The translations under genes and the position numbers were made by a program. A stretch of DNA of 63,673 bases, filler included, from Octopus bimaculoides (Eukaryota), in NCBI RefSeq assembly GCF_001194135.2. It is 5 parts of 3 records of this genome, joined end to end, with 100 filler letters (N's around TTAATTAATTAA, not from the genome) between each part and the next. Parts side by side here need not be neighbours in the genome. Positions count along the whole stretch, not along the records: positions 31,773 to 53,462 come from NC_069000.1; 4 more parts are not named here. One strand, given 5' to 3'. Positions 37,907 through 51,427 of this stretch are shown here, one piece after another. Numbering within the stretch: position 1 is the stretch's first letter; the number at the start of each line of letters is the position of its first letter. The notes below the pieces were generated by a model that was not told the DNA's origin, ran no database searches, and was given only the letters and a program-made list of their open reading frames with translations.

Positions 37907-38799
37907 AACACACACATATATACACATACATATATATACACATATAAAAACATATATATACATATATATATTTACATATACATACGCATACACGCTTGCA
38001 TAATACATGATAAATACACACATACACACATGTATAATACATAATAAATATATAGAGACATACATTCTTATGTACACTACACATTTAGAACCAGTAAAAC
38101 TACAAGAGATATTCCAGAAAATATCTCAATGATAACACACGTGTTTCAAAACGTTCGCTTTCTTTTTTTAATATTCAGCCTTTGCCGTTTCATCTCTCTC
38201 AGGTCACGACGTAAATTTTTCACTTTCTCCAGCCTGATTTAATTCACAAATATTGATCTTATTCAAAACAACATTGGTAACATTCCTTTGAGAACAGAAT
38301 GTCATTGAAGACTGTGGGAGATCAAACGAGGTTACAAACCATATGTTTTAAAAGGCGAAAAGTAATTATATGTATGCATATAGTACTGTTAGTGGTGTAA
38401 AATGTATGCAAATATATATTTTGTACAGTGGAAACGTTGTCTTATATAGAAGCCAACACGTTGGATAGAATGGATAGATGTATTTATTATATGAAACAGA
38501 CGATTTTCTCTGCGTTCTGTCCTGATGATATAGGTACAAGCATACGTACACACACATACTCACGTATACACAGAAGCACACAAGCACACACACATGTATA
38601 TATGCATGTATGTATGTATATATATATATATATACACACACAGACACACACACACATATAGTATATGGTTTACTCTTCCGTTAAAGAAAGACCAACAAAA
38701 AACGTACGCCATCCAGTGAGAGGTAAATTTAATTTAATGAACACAGTTTAAAGATACGAGTTACTAATAAATTCTTGCTGTAGGCAGCTTTTAATAACA

Positions 38800-39775
38800 C
38801 GCCTTGTCTCTCCAAGCAATCTCCGCGCTCAATTTGAAATTCTACAAGGTGATCAAACAAGCTTCTTAAGATTGGTAATGGGGTATTAACATGCAACTGA
38901 AGACTTCAGCTACATGAAATTACATGTGGTCAAATGATACCTTCTCTTTGGGGTCTTATGGATAAAGTACTTCCTAGTTTATCTGTCGATTACACTGATG
39001 TAAACTGGCTATGTGAAAGAGCTATACTAGCTCCATCTAATGAAATGGTTGATAAACTCAATTATGAACTTCTTCAAAAGTTAACAGATACATCAGAATG
39101 ACTTTTCAATCAAATGACAACAGTCGATCAAGATCAGGTTGTTCAATACCCTGTTGAATTTCTGAACACACTTAAACCCACTGGGATGCCACCGCATAAC
39201 TTGACACTAAAACTGGATGCTCCCATTACGTTGCTTAGGAATCTTGACCCATCTCACCTGTGTAATGGAACTCGCTTAATTGTTACTTCCATGAAACCTC
39301 ATGTCCTACAGGCAACAATCATAACAGGTTGTCACAAAAGAGAAAGTCTTCATTCTAAAAATTCCTCTCATACCTACAGATGTTCCATTTGAATTAAGAT
39401 ACTTCAGTTTCCAGTCAAACTAAGTTTTGGTATTTCAGTTAACAAATCTCAGGATCAATCCCTCAAGGTTGTAGCATTTGATCTCTCTACTACATGCTTC
39501 TCCCATTGCCAACTGTGTTGCTCGCTTACGAGTTGGAAGCAGCAACAATTCGACACTAGCAAAAAAATCACACAATGAATATTGTTTATTTTCAGGTGCT
39601 TCAAGATTGACAGATTTTCAGCTCTAAATTCTATTCTATTATTATTACAATTTGGATATTTTAAAATAAAATATATATATTTTGAAATAATCATGAGAAT
39701 ATATCTTTATATTCTTTGCATACTAATCTGAACAAGAACAGCAGTAAACCGGGCAACGCTGGGTCAGTCATCTAG
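38800..39775 (+). mobile_element. Helitron 3' portion: degenerate PIF1-like helicase plus intact 3' terminus
   Basis: WLCERAILAPSNEMV, YPVEFLNTLKPTGMPPHNLTLKLDAPITLLRNLDPSHLCNGTRLIV, QFPVKLSFGISVNKSQ, CFSH; hairpin ACCGGGCAACGCTGGGT(39748-64) then CTAG(39772-75)|T. Confidence 0.93.
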
Positions 39776-39954
39776 TATATATATAAAACCAAGATATACT
39801 TACTGCAGATAGACGTTTTTGAACACCTTGCAGAAAAAGTGGCATATACGTACAGGCATGCGCGCTCACGTGCACACACACACACACATTCTTTGATTCT
39901 TTAATTCTTTAATTCTTTTATTCTTTAAATCTGCGGTATATGTATAAATATATA

Positions 39955-40072
39955 TATATGACGGGCTTTTACATGATTTCCGTCTACCGAACCCACTCGC
40001 AAGGCTTTGGTCATGTAGTGGGGTTGAACCTGGAACCATGTGATTGGGAAGCAAACTACTTACCACACAGCC

Positions 40073-40075
<3 letters not shown>
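39955..40075 (-). mobile_element. SINE family A head
   Basis: Reverse-complement family A motifs. Confidence 0.75.
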
Positions 40076-40122
<47 letters not shown>

Positions 40123-40234
40123 AATCCGTTGTCCGTTGTTTGATGTGTTGTGGTGGTAGTGTCGAAGTGGTATGGTTCCTACTGGAATTTCTGTTATTGT
40201 TGTTGCTGTTGTTGAAATTAGCGAAATGTACTAA

Positions 40235-40860
40235 ATGGGGGAGGGGGTGGGAAGAAGGAAGGACGGAAGGAAAAGAAGAAAGAGAGCAGGCAGGAAAGGA
40301 AGAAGGAAAGAAGAAAGAAGACACAGAGGGAGGAAAGAAAGAAAGCAATGTATGGGAGGAAGGAAGGAAGGAACAACGGGAGGAAAGAAAGAGAGGAAGG
40401 GAGGCAAGAAGGAATGTAGGAAGGAAGGAAAGAAAGAAAGAAAGAAAAAGAAAGAGAAAAAATGGAAGAAATGAAGGAATATAGGAAGGGAAGAAAGAAA
40501 GAAAGAAAGAAAAAGAAAAGAAAGGAAAGAAAGAAGGAAGGATTGAAGAAAGGAAGGAATGTAGGAAGGAAGGAAGGAAGGAAGGAAAGAAAGAAAGAAA
40601 GATAAGAATGAATGGATGAATGAATGAATGAATGAATGAAGGAAGGAAGGAAGGAAGTAAAGAAGAAATAAAGGAAGGAAGAAAGGAAAGAAAGAAAGAA
40701 AGAAAGAAAAAGAAAAGAAAGGAAAGAATGAAGGAAAGATAGAAGGAAGGCTTGAAGAAAGGAAGGAATGTAGGAAGGAAGGAAGAAAGGAAAGAAAGAA
40801 AGAAAGAAAGAAAGAAGTGAGAATTGTAGGAAGGGAGGTAGAATGGAATAAAAAAAGAAG
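40235..40860. repeat. Polypurine (GGAA/GAAA/GAAT) compound satellite with an internally duplicated block
   Basis: GAAAAAGAAAAGAAAGGAAAGAA...TTGAAGAAAGGAAGGAATGTAGGAAGGAAGG occurs twice. Confidence 0.9.
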
Positions 40861-41044
40861 GAGTTCGGTTAGGATTAGGGAGACGGAGCGTGTATGTGTG
40901 TGGGGTGAAGGTGAGGTGTGCGTGTGTGTGTGTGTTGAATTATACACACTTGATTAATGTTGCCGGGTGGCGTGATTTCTTCGAAATGTTAGGCAAACAA
41001 CATACGAGGAGGATTCCTCGGTTATGACACCTTTTCACTCGAGT

Positions 41045-41531
41045 CGTAATCATTATCATCATCATCATTATTGCTATCATAATCGCCATCATCATCATCA
41101 TCATCGTCATCATCATCATCACCAACCTCAATAAAATCCTCGTCCATATTCTCACCCTCTCTTTCTTCCTCTTTTCTACTGCTTTTCCTTTTCTTCATCA
41201 TTTCCATCTTCCCCAGTTTCCTTCTTCTTCTTCTTGTTCTTCTTCTTCTTCTTCTTCTTCTCCTCTTCCTTTTCCTTCTCTTCCTCCTCCTTCTCTCCCC
41301 TCCTCTTTCTCCTCCTTTTCTTTTCCTTCTCCGCTTCCTCATCTTCCTCCTCTTCCTTTTCCTCTTCATCTTCCTCAATTTCCTTTTCCTTTTCCTCCTC
41401 CTCTTCCCCTCCAACTCCTCCTTTTCCTTCTCTTCCTCCTTTTCCTTTTTGTTTTCCTCCTCCGTCTCATTACCATCATTATCACCACGACTACCATCAC
41501 CACCACCACCACCACCACCACCACCACCACC
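41045..41531. repeat. (CAT)n / (CTT,CCT)n / (CAC)n low-complexity tract
   Basis: Direct inspection. Confidence 0.9.
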
Positions 41532-42390
41532 NNNNNNNNNNNNNNNNNNNNNNNNNNNNNNNNNNNNNNNNNNNNNNNNNNNNNNNNNNNNNNNNNNNNN
41601 NNNNNNNNNNNNNNNNNNNNNNNNNNNNNNNNNNNNNNNNNNNNNNNNNNNNNNNNNNNNNNNNNNNNNNNNNNNNNNNNNNNNNNNNNNNNNNNNNNNN
41701 NNNNNNNNNNNNNNNNNNNNNNNNNNNNNNNNNNNNNNNNNNNNNNNNNNNNNNNNNNNNNNNNNNNNNNNNNNNNNNNNNNNNNNNNNNNNNNNNNNNN
41801 NNNNNNNNNNNNNNNNNNNNNNNNNNNNNNNNNNNNNNNNNNNNNNNNNNNNNNNNNNNNNNNNNNNNNNNNNNNNNNNNNNNNNNNNNNNNNNNNNNNN
41901 NNNNNNNNNNNNNNNNNNNNNNNNNNNNNNNNNNNNNNNNNNNNNNNNNNNNNNNNNNNNNNNNNNNNNNNNNNNNNNNNNNNNNNNNNNNNNNNNNNNN
42001 NNNNNNNNNNNNNNNNNNNNNNNNNNNNNNNNNNNNNNNNNNNNNNNNNNNNNNNNNNNNNNNNNNNNNNNNNNNNNNNNNNNNNNNNNNNNNNNNNNNN
42101 NNNNNNNNNNNNNNNNNNNNNNNNNNNNNNNNNNNNNNNNNNNNNNNNNNNNNNNNNNNNNNNNNNNNNNNNNNNNNNNNNNNNNNNNNNNNNNNNNNNN
42201 NNNNNNNNNNNNNNNNNNNNNNNNNNNNNNNNNNNNNNNNNNNNNNNNNNNNNNNNNNNNNNNNNNNNNNNNNNNNNNNNNNNNNNNNNNNNNNNNNNNN
42301 NNNNNNNNNNNNNNNNNNNNNNNNNNNNNNNNNNNNNNNNNNNNNNNNNNNNNNNNNNNNNNNNNNNNNNNNNNNNNNNNNNNNNNNNNN

Positions 42391-42441
<51 letters not shown>

Positions 42442-42448
42442 TACTTAT

Positions 42449-42486
<38 letters not shown>

Positions 42487-42954
42487 TAGACACGTGTATG
42501 TATACATACGTACTGCTGACAACAGACAAGCATATACAAACACATTTGCACGCGCGCGCGCACACACTTACGCACACACTTACGCACAAACGAACACATA
42601 CAAATACACACAAACACACACACATATATATATATGTACAAAGACATATAAAAAACACACACACACATAAATATTATTTATATTTCTTTTTGTTTTCCTT
42701 ACCAATGCCATTGATGTGGTTTGTTGAGGGTGGACCACCTAAGACGAGAAACCATCAAGATCGGAGCAAAAACGCACACATGCACGCACGCACGCACGAA
42801 CGCATGCTCGCACGCCCCTACGCACCTACGCACCTACGCACGCACATATGAACGGAGCAACGCATGGAAAAGAAAAGGTAGGAACATGCAAAACAGAATG
42901 AAACGAAACAAAACACAAAACGTTTAACTGGGAAAAGTGTCGGAGAGAGAGGAG

Positions 42955-42982
42955 AGACAGAGAGACAGAGAGACAGAGACAC

Positions 42983-43042
<60 letters not shown>

Positions 43043-43150
43043 GGATGGATGAATGGATAGATAGATGGATGGATAGATGGATAGATAGATAGATAGATAG
43101 ATAGATAGACAGATAGATACGTTGGTGGATAGATAGATAGATAAATAGAT
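42955..43150. repeat. (GACA/GATA/GATG)n tetranucleotide microsatellite
   Basis: Direct inspection. Confidence 0.92.
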
Positions 43151-43151
43151 G

Positions 43152-43225
<74 letters not shown>

Positions 43226-44435
43226 CAGATGGATGGATAAAGATAGAGAGAAGCTAAAAAGACGGATATGCATATGTGTGTGTGTGTGTGTGCCTATGCA
43301 TATACGTATATATATNNNNNNNNNNNNNNNNNNNNNNNNNNNNNNNNNNNNNNNNNNNNNNNNNNNNNNNNNNNNNNNNNNNNNNNNNNNNNNNNNNNNN
43401 NNNNNNNNNNNNNNNNNNNNNNNNNNNNNNNNNNNNNNNNNNNNNNNNNNNNNNNNNNNNNNNNNNNNNNNNNNNNNNNNNNNNNNNNNNNNNNNNNNNN
43501 NNNNNNNNNNNNNNNNNNNNNNNNNNNNNNNNNNNNNNNNNNNNNNNNNNNNNNNNNNNNNNNNNNNNNNNNNNNNNNNNNNNNNNNNNNNNNNNNNNNN
43601 NNNNNNNNNNNNNNNNNNNNNNNNNNNNNNNNNNNNNNNNNNNNNNNNNNNNNNNNNNNNNNNNNNNNNNNNNNNNNNNNNNNNNNNNNNNNNNNNNNNN
43701 NNNNNNNNNNNNNNNNNNNNNNNNNNNNNNNNNNNNNNNNNNNNNNNNNNNNNNNNNNNNNNNNNNNNNNNNNNNNNNNNNNNNNNNNNNNNNNNNNNNN
43801 NNNNNNNNNNNNNNNNNNNNNNNNNNNNNNNNNNNNNNNNNNNNNNNNNNNNNNNNNNNNNNNNNNNNNNNNNNNNNNNNNNNNNNNNNNNNNNNNNNNN
43901 NNNNNNNNNNNNNNNNNNNNNNNNNNNNNNNNNNNNNNNNNNNNNNNNNNNNNNNNNNNNNNNNNNNNNNNNNNNNNNNNNNNNNNNNNNNNNNNNNNNN
44001 NNNNNNNNNNNNNNNNNNNNNNNNNNNNNNNNNNNNNNNNNNNNNNNNNNNNNNNNNNNNNNNNNNNNNNNNNNNNNNNNNNNNNNNNNNNNNNNNNNNN
44101 NNNNNNTATATATATATATATATATGTACATATACACATATATACATGCATATATATATATACATGTGTGTGTGTGTACAACCTTATATATATGTATGTG
44201 TGCGTGCGTGTGTATATATATATATAAATATATATACACAAATACACACCCACACATATATATATAGAGATTGGTCATACATATATATGACACACACGTT
44301 CACTCAAAACTAAGTGTGTGTACTTATAAATGGGTGAGTATGCGTTCACTTATGTATATATAAACGTATATGTATACACACATAAGTGCTTGTATATTTG
44401 TTCGCCTGTAAACAATTATGTATTGACAATGCCTT

Positions 44436-44465
<30 letters not shown>

Positions 44466-44466
<1 letters not shown>

Positions 44467-44612
44467 CCTTTTACTTGTTTCAGTCATTGGACTGCAACCA
44501 GACCAAGGCACCACTTTGAAGTGTTTAGTCGATAATATTGACCCCAATATTGACTTTTGTTTTTTTTAACCCGAGTACTTATTCTAAAGGGCATTTTTGC
44601 CAAACCGCCCTG
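44466..44612 (-). mobile_element. SINE family A 3' half, truncating the Helitron fragment
   Basis: CTTTTACTTGTTTCAGTCATTGGACTGC...AGTACTTATTC...TTTTGCCAAACCGC. Confidence 0.75.
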
Positions 44613-44614
44613 TT

Positions 44615-45745
44615 ACGAGGTCATCAACACAATTAGTCTTGCACCATTGCATAATTTTGTTTGAGACAAAGTACACTATAACATAGAAGGAGTCCCTTTT
44701 TTCAGCTGAAGACAATGAGGAGATAAACCTGGTGGTTCTAGTGAGTTGAAAAATTCGATGGGAGATAGTTAACACTATCCTTATCATCAACAACACTGTC
44801 AATTGAGTTATAAGTGAATACTTCTCCTAGAAGTTTATTCAATACCATAATATTAATGCCATTTACAGCAACATTTTTTGAAGCCGGGATAGCTCGCTCA
44901 CAGATCCAATCTGTATTGTAATTATGAAGAAGATTAGGAAAGATTTCAGCCACCAAATCTTCGACGGAATCAGCTGAATTACATATTGGATTGAGTGAAA
45001 GAAACTGTTCTTCATCATTTGCAACTCTCCCTTCACCGAGTTTCAAAAGCTGTTCTGCAAATAGTTCACCTGATTGATCTCTTGAAAGCCTTGATCTCAT
45101 ATTTGTCGAAAGTTGAAGTGTTTTCACATGGTGCCATAATACAGAAGACTTTATTGAAGCATTGAGCTCATCCATTTGTATTCCTCTTGGAACAACTGGT
45201 AGTGTTTGTCGGAAGTCTCCAGACAATAATGCTGTGGCATTTCCCATCATGGAATTACAATTTCTAATGTCTCGTAATGTTCTGTCCACAGCTTCAAAAG
45301 TTATTTTGTGGGCCATGGTACATTCGTCCCAGACAATTAAGTGACATCTTTGTATTAGTTCACCCATTCCAGAATTTTTAGATATATTACAAACTGGATC
45401 TTCTTTGTTAGATAAATCTAAAGGTAAATTGAATGTTGAATGGGCAGTCAGACCTCCAGGTAGTAACGTTGCTGCAATCCCAGAAGTAACAGTAGCTAAA
45501 GCTATTTTATTTTCTTGAACTTTAGCCAGGAGGAGTTTAACTACAAATGTTTTCCCAGTACCTCCTGGAGAATCTAAGAAATAAAGTCTTCATATGTTAT
45601 TGTTAAAACTTTCTATGACAGTGGAATATGCACGACATTGATCAGCTAGAAGCTTGGGAAGTTTAACATTTATGTACACCGTCAGTTGGTCCATATAATA
45701 GGAAATTTCACTCATTATTTCAGTGGACAGACTTTTAATCTTATC
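44615..45745 (-). pseudogene. Helitron PIF1-like (SF1B) helicase fragment, motifs I to ~V
   Basis: Walker A DSPGGTGKT (45548-45574), SGIAATLLPGGLTAHSTFNLP, IVWDECTMAH, LSGDFRQTLPVV, LSTNMR, WICERAI, then after a frameshift PPGLSPHCLQLKKG, KLCNGARLIV. Stop-free from 45589 to 44738; one stop at 45590-92. Confidence 0.95.
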
Positions 45746-45792
45746 CTTATTTATATAAGAATGAGCATTGAGGGCAAATTATGTGAAGTGCA

Positions 45793-45793
<1 letters not shown>

Positions 45794-45887
<94 letters not shown>

Positions 45888-46052
45888 GAAGAAGAAGAAG
45901 AAGAAGAAGAAGAAGAAGAAGAAAAAGAAGAGAGGAATGAGAGGAAGGAGAGGAAGGAGAGGAAGGAGAGGAAGGAGAGGAAGAAGGGGATGAAAAAGAA
46001 AAAGAGAAAGAAAAGAAGCAAGAGAAAGAAAAGAATAAAAACGAGGAATTAA
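45794..46052. repeat. Compound (AAT)n(GAT)n(GAA)n plus (GAGAGGAAG)n repeat
   Basis: Direct inspection. Confidence 0.92.
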
Positions 46053-46223
46053 AAACAAAAAAAAAAAACAGTGAACTTCACATTGTCTTCTCTCTCCCCT
46101 CCCCATTAGGTCTATCTGCCTGTCTGTCTCTTTGTCTGTCGATTTGTCTGTCGATTTGTGCATCTATCTGTCTATCTTGCCTGCCTCTCTGTGTGTGTCC
46201 ATCTAGCTGTTTCTCAGTCTATC

Positions 46224-46278
<55 letters not shown>

Positions 46279-47140
46279 GTTTCTCAGTCTGTCTGTCTCT
46301 CTGCTTGTCTTTGTCTCGCTCTCTCTCACTTTCTCTCTCTAAACAACATTTTTCCTTAAAATACTGCCTCACATCCCAACTCTATAACAAACCACAACAG
46401 AAACTTACTAATAAATCGTCAAACATCAGCAAAGCCCCTCAAACAAGCCATGCAAAAATGTAACTGCTTACAAAGGGAGCTTATCCAATCGAAAACAACA
46501 AACTATTCACGACCAGCCTTCATATTTATTAGCAAAAAAAAAAAAAAGGAAAATTTGAAACATTTCATTGCGAGATGTCGGCAAGTGCAGGTTTTTTTAT
46601 TACCGTTAAAAGTTGAAATTTAATGCTATGTATATATGCATGTATGTATGCATGCATATATGCTATGTATATATGCATGTATGTATGTATGTATGTATGT
46701 ATGTATGTATGCACGAATGGATGAGTGTATGTATATATGCATGTGTATACATACATACATATACATAAATATATGTGTGTGTGTGTATATATTTATATAT
46801 ATGTAGATGTATGTAGGATATGAAGGGTGCTATTTTTATATGTTTATAAAACATGGTATTTCATACCTTAATACTACAGTACTACCAGCTGCCACTCTAA
46901 AGTGAATGTAGATTTATAATATGTACCATGCCTTCGATAATTGCTTTGGGTGCAGTCATAAATACTCTCTCGGACTCATTTGTGGTTGCATTTGCCCGGG
47001 TTAACCTCAAATGAAGTTCATTGCTCAAGGACTCGATGTTCAGGAATAGGACATACAACCCTATGATTATGAACGCAATATGCGAAAACAATATAGCATA
47101 ACATACGCACATACGAATATATGTGTGTGTGCGTGCGTGA

Positions 47141-47172
<32 letters not shown>

Positions 47173-47343
47173 GCGTGTGTGCGTGTGTGTGCGTTCGTGC
47201 GTTCGTGCACGTGTATACATTTTTTGGGCACTCAATGCTGTAATCAATGTGATTCCAATCATGGACAGCCACCCTATATATATTATCAACATATACGATA
47301 ATATAAAAATGAAGACATCAAACATCTAATAATAATCATGAAC

Positions 47344-47407
<64 letters not shown>

Positions 47408-48218
47408 GCACGCACGCACGCACCCCTGTCATTCTCTGTTGCCGTTGAAACTTCATATTACCGTGCATGTGCAGGTAACCCATTATGCTAATTGTTTAAT
47501 ATAATTGCTTTTTTTTAATAAATATTCTGGAATCGCTGTATGGTTAGAAACCTCGCTTTGTATATACGAGATTTCAGGTAATTGCACTGCACAGCACGTT
47601 GGATTGAACTGGTGTTTTCTACTGTAACTTCGGGCCGATCAATACCTTGCGAGTCAATTTTGTCCGGCAAGCTAATGATTTTACCATCTCGCCACCCGAT
47701 TTGGTTACAACATACAGCGATGCTGTAATACGAACCGTCAAGGAGAATTGGGTATATGGATAGCTCGTTATCATATATGTGACGTAATCACGAGGAGGCA
47801 ATAATATCTTGAAGCTTCTAGAAATCTTTCGGATTTTAGAAGGTTAATTTAGTTAATTATGTAAGTCTTATTTAACTCAAGATTTCTCTCAACCAATAAG
47901 GAAATTAGCACGAACTGAAGGGTAAAAATTTACTAAATCGGTTAATAGATTTTACAGTGCAGTCTCAGAACGGAAACACATGTTATACATACAAACATAC
48001 ATACATACATACGTACATACGTACATACATACATACATGCATAATTGTATACATGTATATAGGCATACATTTATACACACACACACACACACACACACAG
48101 ATATCTATGTCTATATCTATATCTATATATCTATATATATATGTGCAAATAAACACATACGCACACACACACACATATATTTGAATGCATGCGTTCATGC
48201 TGTCTATTTATCTGTGTG

Positions 48219-48252
<34 letters not shown>

Positions 48253-49156
48253 TGTGCGCGCACGCGTGTTTATGTGAGTCAGTGTGACTGCGCGTATGTG
48301 TTTACGTAGATATATGTCTAGATAAACACGCTGAAATATGTATTTATATGTCAATATATTTGTATTTACATATATACACACACCCACACACAAACACAGA
48401 CACAGACACACACACGCACACACATATATACATATATATATATATATATGTACATACATGCATACATACACATTGTATATATACATCTGTGTATTTAATA
48501 TGAATATAATGAATATATTAATATGCATATTTAAATATATATGTGTGTGTATATATACATATATACATATATATATNNNNNNNNNNTATATACATATATA
48601 TATATATATATGCGTGCGTGTGTGTGCACGTGCGTGTGTAAGGGAGTGATTATGTGTATCAACACGTGCGTTCGTGCGTACACAGCTATCTGCGTGTGTC
48701 GATGTTTGTCCATGTTTGTGTGTGTGTGTGAGTGTATTTGTGTGTGTTTGTGTGCATGTGTGTGTGTGTGTGTGCGTGTGTGTGTGTGTACGATTGCATG
48801 CTGTTAATGATAAAATCTACGGAAGTGTAACATTGCAGTGATGTGCTTGTGTGGTCGTTCTGACTAGATTTTCACATTGCAATATAAGCCATCTCCCGGT
48901 GGTATGGCAACACATATCTCTCTGTTTGCCGTGATAGAAAGAACAAATATTGATGACGTCATTGAATTCTATACAGTCAACTGATATGCATGTAGATGCA
49001 GAGGTCATCAGCGTGTAGTCAGGGGTGGGGGGTGGATAACATCTGCGGGTGGTTCGAAGCGAGATTTAAAAGACGCATGTGTGATTGTGTGTGTGTGCGT
49101 GTGCCTGTGAATATGTGTATGTACATGCTTTAATATGTGTATATATATGCATGTGT

Positions 49157-49192
<36 letters not shown>

Positions 49193-49235
49193 TGTGTGTA
49201 TCTGTATATATCTGTATGTAAATATACATGTGTGC

Positions 49236-49288
<53 letters not shown>

Positions 49289-49854
49289 CATGTATATGTA
49301 CACATACATATAAGCATGTATGATATATGTAATGTTGCTATACAATGAATTGAAGAAAACAATAAAAAGGTAGAATAATATTACTCAATATGTATATATA
49401 TATTGTAGAATTTTATCTTAATATAAATATTGTAATCCAAAAGCGTCGGCAATTTATATAAAGTTCTAACACAAATAATCCGAAAGGACAAATGGCACGA
49501 CTTTAAATAATTAAATGAAGGAATGAGGAACAGAATTGTTCATGAAATTATTTAAAGAGGAGAGAAAAAAAAAAAAAAAAACTTTCCGCAAAGGAAAATG
49601 GATATATGATATAATGAATTTCTGAAGCTAATTTACATCCTTAGGGAATTGACAATCAGATCTTTGTTTGCATTATGGACATATATACCGGTCAATTTAA
49701 ACTCGTCAGCAAATTACAATCCATTTTATCTTATACATCAGTAGATATGTTTCAACAAGTATCAAATAGCTAAATTATTTTTAGCAGTAATTATTCTAAA
49801 TATGCTAATTATTTTTCGTTCAAAATATACGTAACAATCATTGTTGTTGTTAAA

Positions 49855-50045
49855 TGGTGAGCTGGCAGATCCGTTAGCGCGCTGGAATTTCGCCCGTCGC
49901 TTCGTTCTGAGTTCAAATTCCACCGAGATCGTCTTTGCCTTTTATCCTCTCAAGATCAAAAACAATAATTACTAGTTGAGCAACGGAGTCGATGTAATTG
50001 ACTCAGCTCCTCCTTCGAAATAGCTAGGCTTGAGCCAAAATTTGA
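49855..50045 (+). mobile_element. SINE family B
   Basis: GGTGAGCTGGCAGATCCGTTAGC..TTCTGAGTTCAAATTCCACCGAG..GATGTAATTGACT. Confidence 0.8.
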
Positions 50046-51366
50046 AATCATTATTTTTACTATTACTTAGTAGTGGTAATAGAGGTACTAGGATTAGCAT
50101 GAGTGGTAATAGAAGTATCAATAGTAGTAGTAGTAGTAAGTGTTACTTTTGTTGTTGCTCTTTTTCGTAGTAGAAGTAGTTGTGTGGGCGGAAAAGAATT
50201 CGGTTTGTTTCTTGAGAGATTCAGGTGGTTAACAAATAGAAAAGGTTTTGTTAATTTAACTTGATATTTCTAAAATTTTAAGAGCTTATACCACGAGATT
50301 CTGTGATTAAATTCTACCTTGAAAGCAGGGCGATCCAACAGAGTATTCACCCCACGCCCATTAGTGGCACAAATGTGGCACAAATGTCAGTAGTATCATT
50401 GATATAGTATATATACATACACGCACGTACACACACACACACACACACACACTCACANNNNNNNNNNNNNNNNNNNNNNNNNNNNNNNNNNNNNNNNNNN
50501 NNNNNNNNNNNNNNNNNNNNNNNNNNNNNNNNNNNNNNNNNNNNNNNNNNNNNNNNNNNNNNNNNNNNNNNNNNNNNNNNNNNNNNNNNNNNNNNNNNNN
50601 NNNNNNNNNNNNNNNNNNNNNNNNNNNNNNNNNNNNNNNNNNNNNNNNNNNNNNNNNNNNNNNNNNNNNNNNNNNNNNNNNNNNNNNNNNNNNNNNNNNN
50701 NNNNNNNNNNNNNNNNNNNNNNNNNNNNNNNNNNNNNNNNNNNNNNNNNNNNNNNNNNNNNNNNNNNNNNNNNNNNNNNNNNNNNNNNNNNNNNNNNNNN
50801 NNNNNNNNNNNNNNNNNNNNNNNNNNNNNNNNNNNNNNNNNNNNNNNNNNNNNNNNNNNNNNNNNNNNNNNNNNNNNNNNNNNNNNNNNNNNNNNNNNNN
50901 NNNNNNNNNNNNNNNNNNNNNNNNNNNNNNNNNNNNNNNNNNNNNNNNNNNNNNNNNNNNNNNNNNNNNNNNNNNNNNNNNNNNNNNNNNNNNNNNNNNN
51001 NNNNNNNNNNNNNNNNNNNNNNNNNNNNNNNNNNNNNNNNNNNNNNNNNNNNNNNNNNNNNNNNNNNNNNNNNNNNNNNNNNNNNNNNNNNNNNNNNNNN
51101 NNNNNNNNNNNNNNNNNNNNNNNNNNNNNNNNNNNNNNNNNNNNNNNNNNNNNNNNNNNNNNNNNNNNNNNNNNNNNNNNNNNNNNNNNNNNNNNNNNNN
51201 NNNNNNNNNNNNNNNNNNNNNNNNNNNNNNNNNNNNNNNNNNNNNNNNNNNNNNNNNNNNNNNNNNNNNNNNNNNNNNNNNNNNNNNNNNNNNNNNNNNN
51301 NNNNNNNNNNNNNNNNNNNNNNNNNNNNNNNNNNNNNNNNNCACATATATACAAACACAGTTCCCC

Positions 51367-51427
<61 letters not shown>

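Noticed and set aside
38480-38530. GAAACAGA..TCTGTC followed directly by CTGATGA
   Set aside because: A 5-bp stem III and GUC are present, but there is no stem I between the cleavage site and the core.
46897-47090. Protein-like minus ORF tail (IESLSNELHLRLTRANATTNESERVF)
   Set aside because: No recognisable domain, weak splice signals, and it starts within a microsatellite.
47617-47763. Protein-like frames (FYCNFGPINTLRV.. on +; MPPRDYVTY.. on -)
   Set aside because: The 5' part is an old family A SINE and an in-frame stop precedes it with no acceptor.
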